The notes: generated by a model from the letters alone, not told the origin. Shown: positions 27,702 to 37,798, counted from the stretch's first letter. The stretch is 64,000 nucleotides of DNA from Kiritimatiellia bacterium (GCA_050944835.1 JBMNRV010000008.1:7001-71000), one strand, 5' to 3'. Translations and numbers: made by a program.

Positions 27702-30700
27702 CTACTCGAACAGCACGATGGCGTCTTGGGCATTGTCGGATTTGACGTCTGCGGCGGAGTCAGTCGGTGTGAGCAGCGGCATGGTGTGCGCGCGGCGCGG
27801 CCCGGCAAATATGCCGTTGAACGGGCAGAATTCACGGACTTCGACTATGCGCCGATCCTTATCGGTGCGCATAACCATGACGGTCTTGTTTGTGCCCAGC
27901 AAGCTGCGTTCTAGTTGCTCGCACCATTCCGCGCTTGGCATTCGATTGACCAACAAGGTCAACCCGTTCAGGTCTAATCCTTGTATCAATGCGAGCATCT
28001 CTGGTATTTTTAAAGTACGCAACGTGGCGGCGCGCACACATGGCAGGAGGCGGATTTGGTAATAGCGGCAGAGGATGCGTAAGTCGGTGAAGTCTTCATT
28101 CGTTTCACGCCGGAGCGTGCCGTCATCTTCTTGCATGAACCAGGGTGGGGCAATCGCGCTCAAGGTGCGCGTCCATGGTTGCAACATCTGAACATAATCG
28201 TCATCGGCCCATGATTCTGCGCGTGGTTTAAACACCCCGATGCGGACGGGCAACGGGCCGCCGCTGACTTCCCGCAGATGAACTTGCGCTACACCGAATT
28301 GCGGCGACCATGGCGCCAGTCCCCACCAACCCAATCCGATTTCGGGCGGGATCGGCAACGGAGCGCCGAAGGCCGGTTTGTCGTTGATGTAACACGACGC
28401 GCCGCAGCCGCGTAACTCCAGACGCAGGCGCACGTTTCCAGGCGGCTTGTTCCAGGCGCGAGTCTGGTTGGCGACAGTCTCGCCATTGTGCCAGACTTGC
28501 AGATAAAGCTGTCCAGTCTGCTCAAACCCGAATCGAATCATGTTCCCTTCACCGCGGCGGGCGTAGAGCCAGAAAAATCCGCGTGTGTCTTCCAACAGGG
28601 CTTCAATGAAACCGCTATGCATCGTGTCGGAACCGGTCAGTCGCAGCACTGCTTCCGTTTGAGCCGGCGCAGCGGTAAGGAGTGGAATTTCATCATCCTG
28701 GTCGGCGGGATCGCCGTAAATATTCCAGTTGGTTGAAATTTGGCCGACGGTGAATTCTTCACGCACGGGCACAGTACGCGGCAGCATTGCAGCGGCCATT
28801 GCGCGTTGCGTGGCGTTGGACGATTGTCGCGCCACATCATCCAGATAATTTATGAGCGGCCATGATTCCGGATGGCTCAGTAGATTCCAGCGCTCAATAA
28901 CCTGAAGCATTTGGCTTTCCATGGCCGGGTCGGCGGCGATTTTCATGATTTCCATGAGGTTGTTGAAGCGGTCGGCTGGTTTCTGGAGTAAGCGATGCAT
29001 CAGAGCGCGCGCGTCCAGATCGCTCGGGTTTTCCTGTATGAGTCGTTGAATTTTCGCCGCTGCGGCCTGCGGCTGTTTTTGAAACAGCAGGAGCTCCGCC
29101 TGCGCCAGTATGATGTCCGGGTTGTTGGGGAAGAGACGCTCATAGACATCCAGCAGGTTTCCGGCATCGTCGCCGCGCTGTGCTTTGGAATACATCAGGC
29201 GCGCACAGCGTACCACAAGGTCAATTTGTCCGGGGTCTTGTTCCAGACTGGCTTGATAGGCGCCAATGGCCGCCCCGATTTCATTCTGTTGCAGATAGGC
29301 ATCGGCGATCAGAGTCATCGGCTCGGCATTGCGTGGGTCCAGTACAGCCCATTGCCGCCAGATTTTAACTGCGTTGTCGAAGTCGCCGCGCTGCAAAGCG
29401 GCGTGGCCCTCTGTGCGCAAGATGTTAGGGCTGGCATCTTGCACCGCGTATGGATCGGCATCGCCGCCGGCCAGCTCATAGAAGGTGATTGGATGCTCAC
29501 TCTGTTCAGGCGTGGCCTTTACTACCGCGATCAAACGGTTAGCGCCGTTGGTTTGGCTCGATTTCAGGAGCGGTGAGTCTGGCGCCACGGCCACGGTTAA
29601 ATTGCTTATGCCTTGGAAGAGCGATGCCAGCGCGGGCACCTGTTCCCAGATTGGCGGTAGGCGCGCAATGATGGAGAGGTTGTGCTTGTTCAAATCCCGG
29701 CTGAACAACTGCAGCCATGTAGTGATCTGGGAAAGCGGCACGGATTGATCCATCTGACTCAGGTTAAGCAGCACGCCCTGCGCCGATAAGGCGGCCGCGT
29801 TGGCGGCAATTTCGCCGGACATGCCGTCTTTAATGCCATCCAGGTTTTCCAGAAAAATTTCCGGCTGAAACATAAGGCGATGAATTCGGGCGACGGCGCT
29901 GTAAAATTCGGCGTTCCAGCCGAATTGTTCGGCATGTCCACCGGCGAAAACCCGCATCCACGGCGGCGAAAAGTGCGTGTAGCGGAAGGCGTTGCGGCTG
30001 ATCCAGTATGCCATGTCGGCGTCGCGGTGGTCGGTCGGTGTAAATGTGATTAACGCCGGTTCGGCGGGCATAAGGTCCAGCGCGGTGATTTCCACGCTGG
30101 CATATCCACGCCGCGGATGCCAAAGGCTGCATCCTATCATACCGGGCCGGATTTCGCCGCGGGTGGAAATAATTTCCTTAAAAATAGGGTGGCCACCAGC
30201 CATGGCGAAAAACAAGCGATCGCGCAAGTAAATATCCAATTGCGCTTCACCGTCCGGTGTGGTGGTGTAACGTCCGGCGCTTAAAGTGAAAGGTTCCATA
30301 CCAGTGTGTTTCTGGCGGAGCCAGGCTTCGCCTTCCGGCGTCAGCACAAGATACAGGTAAGATTCGCCGTCGGGCGAGGCCCGCAAAAAGATGCCGAACT
30401 GTCCAGATTTGATCCGCGCCTGTAAGCGCAGGTGAAAAGCATTGTAAAGGTCGCTGCCGTTCAGCCAGACTTTGGCGCCGGTTGCATCCGGCTGGGCTTG
30501 CAGGATAGCGGAGCGCCCGGTGAGTTTGAATTCGCCCCAGTCCGGCAGCCATGCGAGCGGGGTGTTCATAATTTTCGGGCTGGTATATCCTTTCCGTTTA
30601 GGCCAGGCGTGTTCCAAGCGCTGCATCAGATCATCCGCTGTCCAATCCGATTGCACTAGCAATCGGTTCAGGCGGCGCGGATCAGTATGTCGGGTGTTCA

Positions 30701-31607
30701 GGGCGGTATTGCCATGGATAAAACCCAGATCATAGAAGTGGGAGACCAGGTGCATATTCAGGCGCCGGGTAAATAGCGCGCGTTCATCGTATTGCCCAAA
30801 ATCTCCGTATGGGAAAGCGTATGCGGTAGGAGGCTGGCCGAGTTCATCGGAGATGATTTTACGGCAGTATTCGTGGTCATCAATCAGGCGTTGGCGGAAG
30901 GCATCCGGTGTTTCATAACGCATTTCTCGCGGAAACCAGCGTGGAGTAGTCATGTAATTTCGTTTTTCGCCGGTGTTGTTGGCCAGAACTGTTTCAAATC
31001 CATGATGGCTCTGGGCGCCGGCTTCCCATGCGCCGCTGCGCACCATAGTGCGCACATACGGCCAACGCAACGCTGAAGGGTCTTCATCCATGATCGGTTT
31101 GGTCCAGAGAAACATGACGGCCTGCCACCCGGCGCGTTGCAGGACACGCCGCGCGTCGAAATACGAGGATTTGCGGGAGTGGTCAAAAGTCATCAGGATG
31201 GCTTTGCGCGGCAGCGGGCGGTTTTCACGGTAAAACGCTGTGATGTCGCGTAGAGTAATCGGATGGTATCCGGCCGCCCGTAATGCCTCAAATTGCGCGC
31301 GGAAACGTTCAGGGGTGAGTTCGCCGGGATTAGCGGAAATGCCTTGGTAAGCCAACGCCACAAATTCATAGGCATCGCGTGGGCCGACATCCGTCGGTCG
31401 GAACATAAAGACGCGCGTGACAGCGTAACGGATCGGTGTCCACCAAGCCGCTATCAGGCAGATGATAAGCATGAAGTAAAGCCAAGCTTGCCGATAGCTG
31501 GTCTTCAATGCCTGAACACGCGCCGGCACAATTGGCAGCTTGTCGGCGAGTCTTGACGGACGAGTTGCATCCGTCTGTTTGCCGTGCTGTTCGTTTTCAA
31601 ATTTCAT
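27702..31607 (-). CDS. Inner-membrane-anchored multidomain EPS-modifying protein. It has an N-terminal TM, a CE4 deacetylase-like domain (variant TFDH motif), TPR repeats, and a conserved ~330-aa C-terminal module of unknown function shared with the 33085..35415 product.
   Basis: 1301 aa. N-terminal TM (AWLYFMLIICLIAAWWTPI). CE4-like (ILMTFDHSRKSSY..., AFPYGDFGQ). TPR segment (FDNAVKIWRQWAVLDPRNAEP...AYLQQNEIGAAIGAYQASLEQDPGQ). C-terminal block GFIEALLEDTRGFFWLYARRGEGNMIRFGF...GLGWWGLAPW...GGPLPVRIG is almost colinear with the paralog. ATGA overlap with the upstream GT2 gene suggests translational coupling. Confidence 0.5.
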   Translation of the reverse strand: MKFENEQHGKQTDATRPSRLADKLPIVPARVQALKTSYRQAWLYFMLIICLIAAWWTPIRYAVTRVFMFRPTDVGPRDAYEFVALAYQGISANPGELTPERFRAQFEALRAAGYHPITLRDITAFYRENRPLPRKAILMTFDHSRKSSYFDARRVLQRAGWQAVMFLWTKPIMDEDPSALRWPYVRTMVRSGAWEAGAQSHHGFETVLANNTGEKRNYMTTPRWFPREMRYETPDAFRQRLIDDHEYCRKIISDELGQPPTAYAFPYGDFGQYDERALFTRRLNMHLVSHFYDLGFIHGNTALNTRHTDPRRLNRLLVQSDWTADDLMQRLEHAWPKRKGYTSPKIMNTPLAWLPDWGEFKLTGRSAILQAQPDATGAKVWLNGSDLYNAFHLRLQARIKSGQFGIFLRASPDGESYLYLVLTPEGEAWLRQKHTGMEPFTLSAGRYTTTPDGEAQLDIYLRDRLFFAMAGGHPIFKEIISTRGEIRPGMIGCSLWHPRRGYASVEITALDLMPAEPALITFTPTDHRDADMAYWISRNAFRYTHFSPPWMRVFAGGHAEQFGWNAEFYSAVARIHRLMFQPEIFLENLDGIKDGMSGEIAANAAALSAQGVLLNLSQMDQSVPLSQITTWLQLFSRDLNKHNLSIIARLPPIWEQVPALASLFQGISNLTVAVAPDSPLLKSSQTNGANRLIAVVKATPEQSEHPITFYELAGGDADPYAVQDASPNILRTEGHAALQRGDFDNAVKIWRQWAVLDPRNAEPMTLIADAYLQQNEIGAAIGAYQASLEQDPGQIDLVVRCARLMYSKAQRGDDAGNLLDVYERLFPNNPDIILAQAELLLFQKQPQAAAAKIQRLIQENPSDLDARALMHRLLQKPADRFNNLMEIMKIAADPAMESQMLQVIERWNLLSHPESWPLINYLDDVARQSSNATQRAMAAAMLPRTVPVREEFTVGQISTNWNIYGDPADQDDEIPLLTAAPAQTEAVLRLTGSDTMHSGFIEALLEDTRGFFWLYARRGEGNMIRFGFEQTGQLYLQVWHNGETVANQTRAWNKPPGNVRLRLELRGCGASCYINDKPAFGAPLPIPPEIGLGWWGLAPWSPQFGVAQVHLREVSGGPLPVRIGVFKPRAESWADDDYVQMLQPWTRTLSAIAPPWFMQEDDGTLRRETNEDFTDLRILCRYYQIRLLPCVRAATLRTLKIPEMLALIQGLDLNGLTLLVNRMPSAEWCEQLERSLLGTNKTVMVMRTDKDRRIVEVREFCPFNGIFAGPRRAHTMPLLTPTDSAADVKSDNAQDAIVLFE

Positions 31608-33088
31608 CCGCTACCCCGTGTTCCCCATTTGCCGTGTGAAAGGGTGGCTAAGGCATAATAAATTTGCCAACTGAAAAACACGACATATGTGAATGTAAAC
31701 ACAAATCCCGCCCACCAATGTTTGCGGCCGGTTTTTTGCAGGTGGAAGATTGACCAGATCAACGTCATGGCCAATACGCCGACAGCGTATGAAAGTGTAA
31801 TACCGCCAGTTAGAAGCGGCGCTAAAACGAGCGCCTGCAGGATGATGAACGGCTCAATAACCGGCAAAAACATCATGGCGTACCAAGACAGCGCGGGCAC
31901 AGGATGTTTGCGCCAGATGAATGTGGTTGCGCCGATCATCCCGTGCAGGGAGGAGCGCATCCAGCGCGCCTGTTGCCGGATATATTGCCGCCAGTTTTCC
32001 GGCACAATGGTTGTCGCCAACGCGTCGTCATCATACAGAATGCGGTAGTCGCGCAATACCAGGTTGGTCAGACTGCGATCGTCACCGTAGCGTCCTTCCA
32101 CCCCGAAGACTTTTTCGTTCATCCATTCTTCCATGACATGTAGGATGCAAACCCGACGGTAAGCGGAGAAACAGCCCGGCAGGCAACTGACCATTCCGAA
32201 GATGCTTTCCGATGCCTTCATGATCTTATACGAAAAGAAATAGCGCACATCCTGCATCTTGGTCAACACATTGACGCGGGAGTTTTCCACGTCCGTGTGG
32301 CCGGCAATTCCCCCCACCATCGGATCAATGAATCCCTGTACCAGCTTGCTGACGGCGCCTGGCATCAGGAATGTGTCGGAATCAACGAAAACAATTATAT
32401 CACTGCGCGCCAACAGGGCAGCGCAGGACATCCCATAGGAAAGGCCGCGGTTGAATTCAAAATCCACCACTATCAGACTTCGGAACCGTGCTTGAGCGCG
32501 CATCATTTCCGCCAGAGTATTGTCAGTGGAGCCGTCGTTGACGACGATGACTTCGAGCAACTCATGCGGGTAGCCTTCGGCATACACCCGCGCGATTGAG
32601 CGCGCAATAGCTTTATCTTCATTCATACAGGGTATAGCCACAGTTGTCGGCGGCCTAAATCCTACATCGGGCGGCGGTGCGTAAAAAGCTGCGAAAATGA
32701 AGCGTGAAATAATAAAAATACCGACCACTAAACTGTAAATATTGACGACGGGGGCATACCAGTAATGCTCCATATTGATTACTTGAAAATACACTGCCGT
32801 GGTCAGCAACAAGATGCCTAAGGTGCCGAGCAGTATTATCCCCCAGATCGGCAGTTTGTTATAAAGAAATTTACGGCGCTCTTCCGCGTCTATTTCATGC
32901 GGCAATTCGGCGGGGGGTGGCGGGGTAAACGATGAAAGCGTCAGCGCGCCGCGGCAAAATGGACAAACAGACGGCGTCGGCGCTTCAATGACACTGATTG
33001 AAAGGCGGCAGGCAGGGCATCGGGCCTTAGTGCCGCCGGTTGCGGAAGACGCGGAATTATTGGTAGATGGATGTGTAGAAGAAGTCAT
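31604..33088 (-). CDS. Processive family-2 glycosyltransferase (HasA/NodC/chitin-synthase-like N-acetylglucosaminyl-type synthase) with N-terminal C4 zinc-ribbon and multiple TM helices
   Basis: GT2 catalytic motifs: VIVVNDGSTDNT (DxD-region), FVDSDT, GDDRSLTNLVL (compare HasA GDDRCLTNYA), and QQARW (the QxxRW motif of processive beta-glycan synthases). N-terminal CPACR...CPFCRG zinc ribbon. About 6 TM segments flank the catalytic domain. Confidence 0.85.
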   Translation of the reverse strand: MTSSTHPSTNNSASSATGGTKARCPACRLSISVIEAPTPSVCPFCRGALTLSSFTPPPPAELPHEIDAEERRKFLYNKLPIWGIILLGTLGILLLTTAVYFQVINMEHYWYAPVVNIYSLVVGIFIISRFIFAAFYAPPPDVGFRPPTTVAIPCMNEDKAIARSIARVYAEGYPHELLEVIVVNDGSTDNTLAEMMRAQARFRSLIVVDFEFNRGLSYGMSCAALLARSDIIVFVDSDTFLMPGAVSKLVQGFIDPMVGGIAGHTDVENSRVNVLTKMQDVRYFFSYKIMKASESIFGMVSCLPGCFSAYRRVCILHVMEEWMNEKVFGVEGRYGDDRSLTNLVLRDYRILYDDDALATTIVPENWRQYIRQQARWMRSSLHGMIGATTFIWRKHPVPALSWYAMMFLPVIEPFIILQALVLAPLLTGGITLSYAVGVLAMTLIWSIFHLQKTGRKHWWAGFVFTFTYVVFFSWQIYYALATLSHGKWGTRGSG

Positions 33089-35415
33089 AAAAGCAATATG
33101 GCGTTTGGCGCCTCATGGTCAATCGGCGCAAATTCTTCCGCCATGGCTGGCAGCTCAGGCGGGAGGATTACAGGCAGTATATGTGTGCGCCGCGGCGCGG
33201 GAAACAAGCCGACATGCGCACAGATTTCACGCACCTGCGCGGACGGTTTATTTTCATCCTGCATGACGATCATCAGCGTCAGCGTAGTGTGCAACAGCGC
33301 TTGTTCAGCGGCGGCCAGCCATTCCGGGTTCGGCATCTTGTGCACCAGGATTGTCAAGCCATCGGTGCGGTCGGTGCGCGCCAGTTCGATCAACTCATCA
33401 AAATTCAAGCGATTCGGATGCTCAGTTGCCACCGATGGCAGCAGGCGTACACGATAATAACGGCACAGGAGACGACAATCCATGTCGTCGTCTGTTTTGA
33501 TTGTGGCGATGGCGCCATTCGTGTTTTGGCGATACCAGGCTGGGGCCAGTGCGCTGAGCTCGTGCATACGACTTTTCAGTTGCCGGATTTTTTCCGCCGA
33601 CAATTTACCCTGACAATCCTCATCCTGGGAGGTGGGTGGGATTCCGATACGCACCGGGAGCGGACCTCCTTTCAATCCACGGATGACAGCTCCCGCGCCG
33701 CCGGGCTGCTGACTCCATGGCGCAAATCCCCACCAGCCTAAGCCCATGTCATTCGGTATCGAGAGGGGTGAGCTAAAGGCAGGCGCGTCATCCACGAAAG
33801 CGACGGCGCCATCGCCGCGCAGGTCCAGACGCATTCGCACCGCGCCTTGTCGGCACTGCCGGACACGGTTGTAATTTACGAGCAATTGGCCGTTAAGCCA
33901 GTTTTGCAGGTAAATCCGGTTGTTTTCGTCAAATCCGAACCGAATCATATTGCCTGAGCCGCGGCGGGCATACATCCAGAAAAATCCTCGACTGCTTTCA
34001 ACTACGGCCTCGATAAAACCGTTGGGCATGGATTCCGAACGAGTCAGACGCAGGGATACTTCCGATTGTTTGGCTGCGGTGTCCAGGATCAGGCGGCCGT
34101 GTTGGAATAGGTTGCCATCCTTTGACGCCGCCCAGTCTTGCGACATGCGACCGTGCCGAAATTCTTCTATTGCCGGAGTCTGGCGCGGGAGGAAGTCGGT
34201 GAAAAAGCAGCGTTGTTCGGGTGTGGTTGCCCGCTCCGCCTCCTGTGCGATGAAATTCAGCAACATCCATGATTCCGGGTGGCTCAATAGGTCATGTTCA
34301 CGGATATTGGACGCCAAGGCCGACGCCATGCCGGGACGTTCCGCCGTCGCCAACATAGCGCGCAAGTTATCGAAGCGTTCGCGCATGCTGGGCAATAGGT
34401 CATGCAGCAGGGCCAGCGCCTGCATCTTGTCGGCATCGGATTTGTCCATGCCGCCGTCAATCACTTGTTTGGCAAGGGCACGGGCTTCATCGTGTCGGTG
34501 CCGGCGCACAAGCCAAGCAGCCTGAGCGAGCGCCACCATGGAGTTGTTCGGGAAAATCCGGGCGTAAAAATTCAACAGATCGCGTGCCGCTTCAGGTTTT
34601 CCAGCGGCTGTATCCAGCAGGCGCGCCTTGCGCATGGCCAGCTCAATCTGGCCGGGATAAACTTGCAAGCTGCGGCGGTAATATTGCATGGCTTGTTCTA
34701 TATCGTCAGTAAAAAGATAGACGTCGCCGATGAGCGAAAGAGGTTCAAAGTTTTCCGGCTCCAGCTCGTGCCATTGGGTCCAGATTTTAACCGCATTGGT
34801 GAAGTTGCCGGCATTGAAAGCGTTCCATCCTTCTTGACGCAAGGCATGCGCCCGTAGCTCGGATGTCCAGCGCTCTTCGCGGGTGGGCAAGTCGGATAAT
34901 TCATAATACAAAGCCAATTCCATATCATGGGGCAGATCGGCATAATTGCGTTCGGGCGGCGGCAGGAGCGGCGTCATGGAAGCGCTGAGGGTGACGCCGG
35001 TATAGCTTTCGTAGCCGTGAATCAACAGGTGGTAAACACCCTCTGGTGGCTGTTCGATTTTGATGTCCTCAGTATTGCCCAGTACGAACGGCCGATAGTC
35101 ATATTCGCGCAGGGACGGTTGGTTGGTTTGGGATAGATACAAATCGGCGTCGCCGTCGCCGCCATCCATTGTGATTATCAGGTTTACTTGTCCGGTCTGC
35201 ACGGCAATTGTGAAATACAGAAGTGAGCCCTTCTCGCCGGACAGGTTGGAGATCGTCTGTCCGGCTTGCAGAACGTGCGGTGCGGCAATGTTTTCAATTT
35301 GCGTGGGCGGCGCCGCGACGGCGTCCGGATCGGCGCCTTCCGCCAGGCGTATGATCGGTCCGATGCAGAGCATCAAGATGGCCGTGCGTATAAATATGGA
35401 TTTATTTTTGTGCAT
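33085..35415 (-). CDS. Secreted TPR-repeat protein with N-terminal PPC/pre-peptidase-C-terminal-like beta-sandwich. Paralog of the 27702..31607 C-terminal two-thirds (shared TPR block plus conserved ~330-aa C-terminal module).
   Basis: Signal peptide (MHKNKSIFIRTAILMLCIGPIIRLAEG). PPC-like segment (LYFTIAVQTGQVNLIITMDGGDGDADLYL...). TPR (FTNAVKIWTQWHELEPENFEP...). C-terminal block GFIEAVVESSRGFFWMYARRGSGNMIRFGF...GLGWWGFAPW...GGPLPVRIG. ATGA overlap with the GT2 start. Confidence 0.5.
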   Translation of the reverse strand: MHKNKSIFIRTAILMLCIGPIIRLAEGADPDAVAAPPTQIENIAAPHVLQAGQTISNLSGEKGSLLYFTIAVQTGQVNLIITMDGGDGDADLYLSQTNQPSLREYDYRPFVLGNTEDIKIEQPPEGVYHLLIHGYESYTGVTLSASMTPLLPPPERNYADLPHDMELALYYELSDLPTREERWTSELRAHALRQEGWNAFNAGNFTNAVKIWTQWHELEPENFEPLSLIGDVYLFTDDIEQAMQYYRRSLQVYPGQIELAMRKARLLDTAAGKPEAARDLLNFYARIFPNNSMVALAQAAWLVRRHRHDEARALAKQVIDGGMDKSDADKMQALALLHDLLPSMRERFDNLRAMLATAERPGMASALASNIREHDLLSHPESWMLLNFIAQEAERATTPEQRCFFTDFLPRQTPAIEEFRHGRMSQDWAASKDGNLFQHGRLILDTAAKQSEVSLRLTRSESMPNGFIEAVVESSRGFFWMYARRGSGNMIRFGFDENNRIYLQNWLNGQLLVNYNRVRQCRQGAVRMRLDLRGDGAVAFVDDAPAFSSPLSIPNDMGLGWWGFAPWSQQPGGAGAVIRGLKGGPLPVRIGIPPTSQDEDCQGKLSAEKIRQLKSRMHELSALAPAWYRQNTNGAIATIKTDDDMDCRLLCRYYRVRLLPSVATEHPNRLNFDELIELARTDRTDGLTILVHKMPNPEWLAAAEQALLHTTLTLMIVMQDENKPSAQVREICAHVGLFPAPRRTHILPVILPPELPAMAEEFAPIDHEAPNAILLL

Positions 35416-37798
35416 TCTTGGTGGCCGCAGGCTCTTTGTTTTGGGCTGAACGCGGTTGATTTGCCGGTGTTAAAATTTCCGGCAAATCACGGAGCAAACC
35501 GTGGTTGAGCGCGTAAATCGCATAACCGTCAGCGCCGGCGCTCAGAGCGTCCTGAATTTGACTCAACATTTCCGGCGGCGTCAGCCTGGCAGCGCTGGAA
35601 GCGACACCGATTCCCGGAAGTACGCGTCCGGCAGCGCCGGGTAATGCGATTTGCGCGGTTGTCCATGCGGCAAACTCACCCGGGTTGGCAGTGTAGTTCA
35701 TGGGGCAAACAAAATCAAGAGCATCTTCCCGCAACCATTCTCCCCAGTTTTGGCCTTCCGTTCCGACGCATTCCGGGTAATGCGGGTAAACCGCGGCGGA
35801 TATTATAATGCCGGGTCGGCGCTGACGGAGGCGTTTCGAACAGGCGTTGACGAACTCGCTGATTTGCTGTGCCCGCCATTTGCGGTATTGTTCCCCCAAT
35901 GCGCCGGTCTGAGCCGCCAAGGGCCAAGCGGTTGTTTCCGGCGCATTGACGGCTGCGAAAAACTCTTTCCGGCAAGCCAAACAGCAACAATGCTGGCTGT
36001 CGGGGTAGCGTATGTAATCCAAGTGCAGCCCGTCCGTTGTCACGGCATCGGCCAATTCTTCCAGGCGTGCCAGTTCTAATTCGCGGTTCCGGGTTTGAGA
36101 GGGACAGAGCCAAGCGGTTGTTTGGAATCCAAAGGATTGTTGCAGGCGACCGTCTTGTTCCATTTTTTTGATTTGTGTTGCCGCCAGGCCATCCAGATTC
36201 CAGCAGATATACCAGATATGCGTTTTCAGTCCATTACGGCGGCAGGCTTCAAAAACATCCCGATTCGGATCGGTGTCGCGTGGCACGTGAAGAAAGACAT
36301 CGGTCAATCCGGCAGCAGCCAATTTGGGCGCCACTCGATCCCAGTTTTCTGCCTGCATGGGTGTGCCTACCCAGATGCAGCGCCGTCCCTGGCCCAACTT
36401 CGGCATATTCGCGGCGGCGCGGGCATTCAGCGCTGCTGATAGTTTGTCCGTTAGCCGCCAAGCGGCGGCTGGGTCGCCGGCGTTCAGGACGGCGCGGGCT
36501 TGGTCGCGTAAACTGCGCAGGTCATCAACATCAACGGCATGTTCCCATTCCATAGGGATAGGGCTTGCAGCCAGAACATCGTCCAGTGTGTGCCGTGCGG
36601 CGGCAGCCAGAGTTCCCGGTAGAAATTGATCGAGCAGGGCGGCCAACATGTGCCGCTGCGCTGCGGCATCATCCGCCTGCGGAACATGTGGCATCCAGAT
36701 GCCTTTCGGGGAAGATAAACAGGCGGCTTCGGATTGCCGACGCCCTTGAGCATCGAGCCACCATGCCAGGGTTTTAGTTTCCTTGCTGGCTGCGGATGCC
36801 GTAATCAGGTAGGTGGCGCCGGCTTGAAACACCTGCGGCGGTCCCTGCCAGCTGGGCGCCGTCGCGAAACTCATGGCATGCCAACGGCCTGGACGTTCAG
36901 CGGCGGTGTAGCCGCCGGGTTGCACTCCCATAAGGTTGCCTAGTTTGGCATCGCCACTGTAGCAGACGAATAGGTATCCCTGGCGTTCCAAGTGGCGTTG
37001 AATGTTTTTTAACATTGCGGGTGTAAGATGCGGGTGGCACGGCAGAATCAGCATCCGGTAACGCTGTGGCAAGCTCCGTGAGGCCAGGTCCTCGTCGGAG
37101 ATCATGGCGTAAGGCAGTCCCATTTCCGATAATTGCATACCGATCCAATTAGCGATGCTAGCGCCGAAAGCGCGCTCGGCGGCATTGGCAAACACCTCCG
37201 CCCCGGGCCTGGCGATTGCAATTGCCGCCGATTTGTGGCGCGCCGCATGCAGAATCAGGCGCCCAGCCCCGCGTTTTGCCGACCACGGTGATACGCGATA
37301 GCCTGATGTTGCGCTCCACCCGTCCGGGACGCCCTGGTCTTCAAAATCTGATTTGGGAATCCAATGCCGGGTACGTCCCTGACGCACAGGCAAGGCCGCT
37401 GCGCGCCAGCCTTTGCCAGCGCGCCAGTACCAAGTAATGGATTGAAAAGCGCCCGGATTATCGCAGGTGTATTCCACTTCCAAGCCGTCGGACGCGCTCA
37501 AATCAACTTGGAGGTCGCAATCCCAATAATGCCGGATAGCGTCAGGCATGAACGGGCAAAAGAAGTCTTGTCCATTCGGGGCGTCTCTCACCAGTGGCGT
37601 AAGCGGGCCAGGCTGCCATGCGGAAACTGCATCCGGCAATAAAGACTGGTCGGAATATGCTGGCGGGATGCAAACCGCGCAAAAAAACAATCCTAAAAAC
37701 AACAGTTGGCAAGTTTGCCGTAGATATGCGGCAGCACACTGGCGAATACGGATGGACACAGATGTCACAATTCCATTTCGGGGCATCAGGTATCTCAT
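35402..37798 (-). CDS. GHL10-family glycosyl hydrolase-like protein (YddW/DigH, YngK-like; DUF187) with N-terminal additional domain; putative GlcNAc-glycan hydrolase of the EPS operon
   Basis: 798 aa with signal/TM N-terminus. C-terminal half carries GHL10 hallmarks (TIM-barrel segment ...GLTDVFLHV..., LHLDYIRYP motif, Cys-rich CCCLAC). First gene of a 4-gene overlapping operon (14-nt overlap with the 33085..35415 gene). Confidence 0.55.
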   Translation of the reverse strand: MRYLMPRNGIVTSVSIRIRQCAAAYLRQTCQLLFLGLFFCAVCIPPAYSDQSLLPDAVSAWQPGPLTPLVRDAPNGQDFFCPFMPDAIRHYWDCDLQVDLSASDGLEVEYTCDNPGAFQSITWYWRAGKGWRAAALPVRQGRTRHWIPKSDFEDQGVPDGWSATSGYRVSPWSAKRGAGRLILHAARHKSAAIAIARPGAEVFANAAERAFGASIANWIGMQLSEMGLPYAMISDEDLASRSLPQRYRMLILPCHPHLTPAMLKNIQRHLERQGYLFVCYSGDAKLGNLMGVQPGGYTAAERPGRWHAMSFATAPSWQGPPQVFQAGATYLITASAASKETKTLAWWLDAQGRRQSEAACLSSPKGIWMPHVPQADDAAAQRHMLAALLDQFLPGTLAAAARHTLDDVLAASPIPMEWEHAVDVDDLRSLRDQARAVLNAGDPAAAWRLTDKLSAALNARAAANMPKLGQGRRCIWVGTPMQAENWDRVAPKLAAAGLTDVFLHVPRDTDPNRDVFEACRRNGLKTHIWYICWNLDGLAATQIKKMEQDGRLQQSFGFQTTAWLCPSQTRNRELELARLEELADAVTTDGLHLDYIRYPDSQHCCCLACRKEFFAAVNAPETTAWPLAAQTGALGEQYRKWRAQQISEFVNACSKRLRQRRPGIIISAAVYPHYPECVGTEGQNWGEWLREDALDFVCPMNYTANPGEFAAWTTAQIALPGAAGRVLPGIGVASSAARLTPPEMLSQIQDALSAGADGYAIYALNHGLLRDLPEILTPANQPRSAQNKEPAATKNAQK

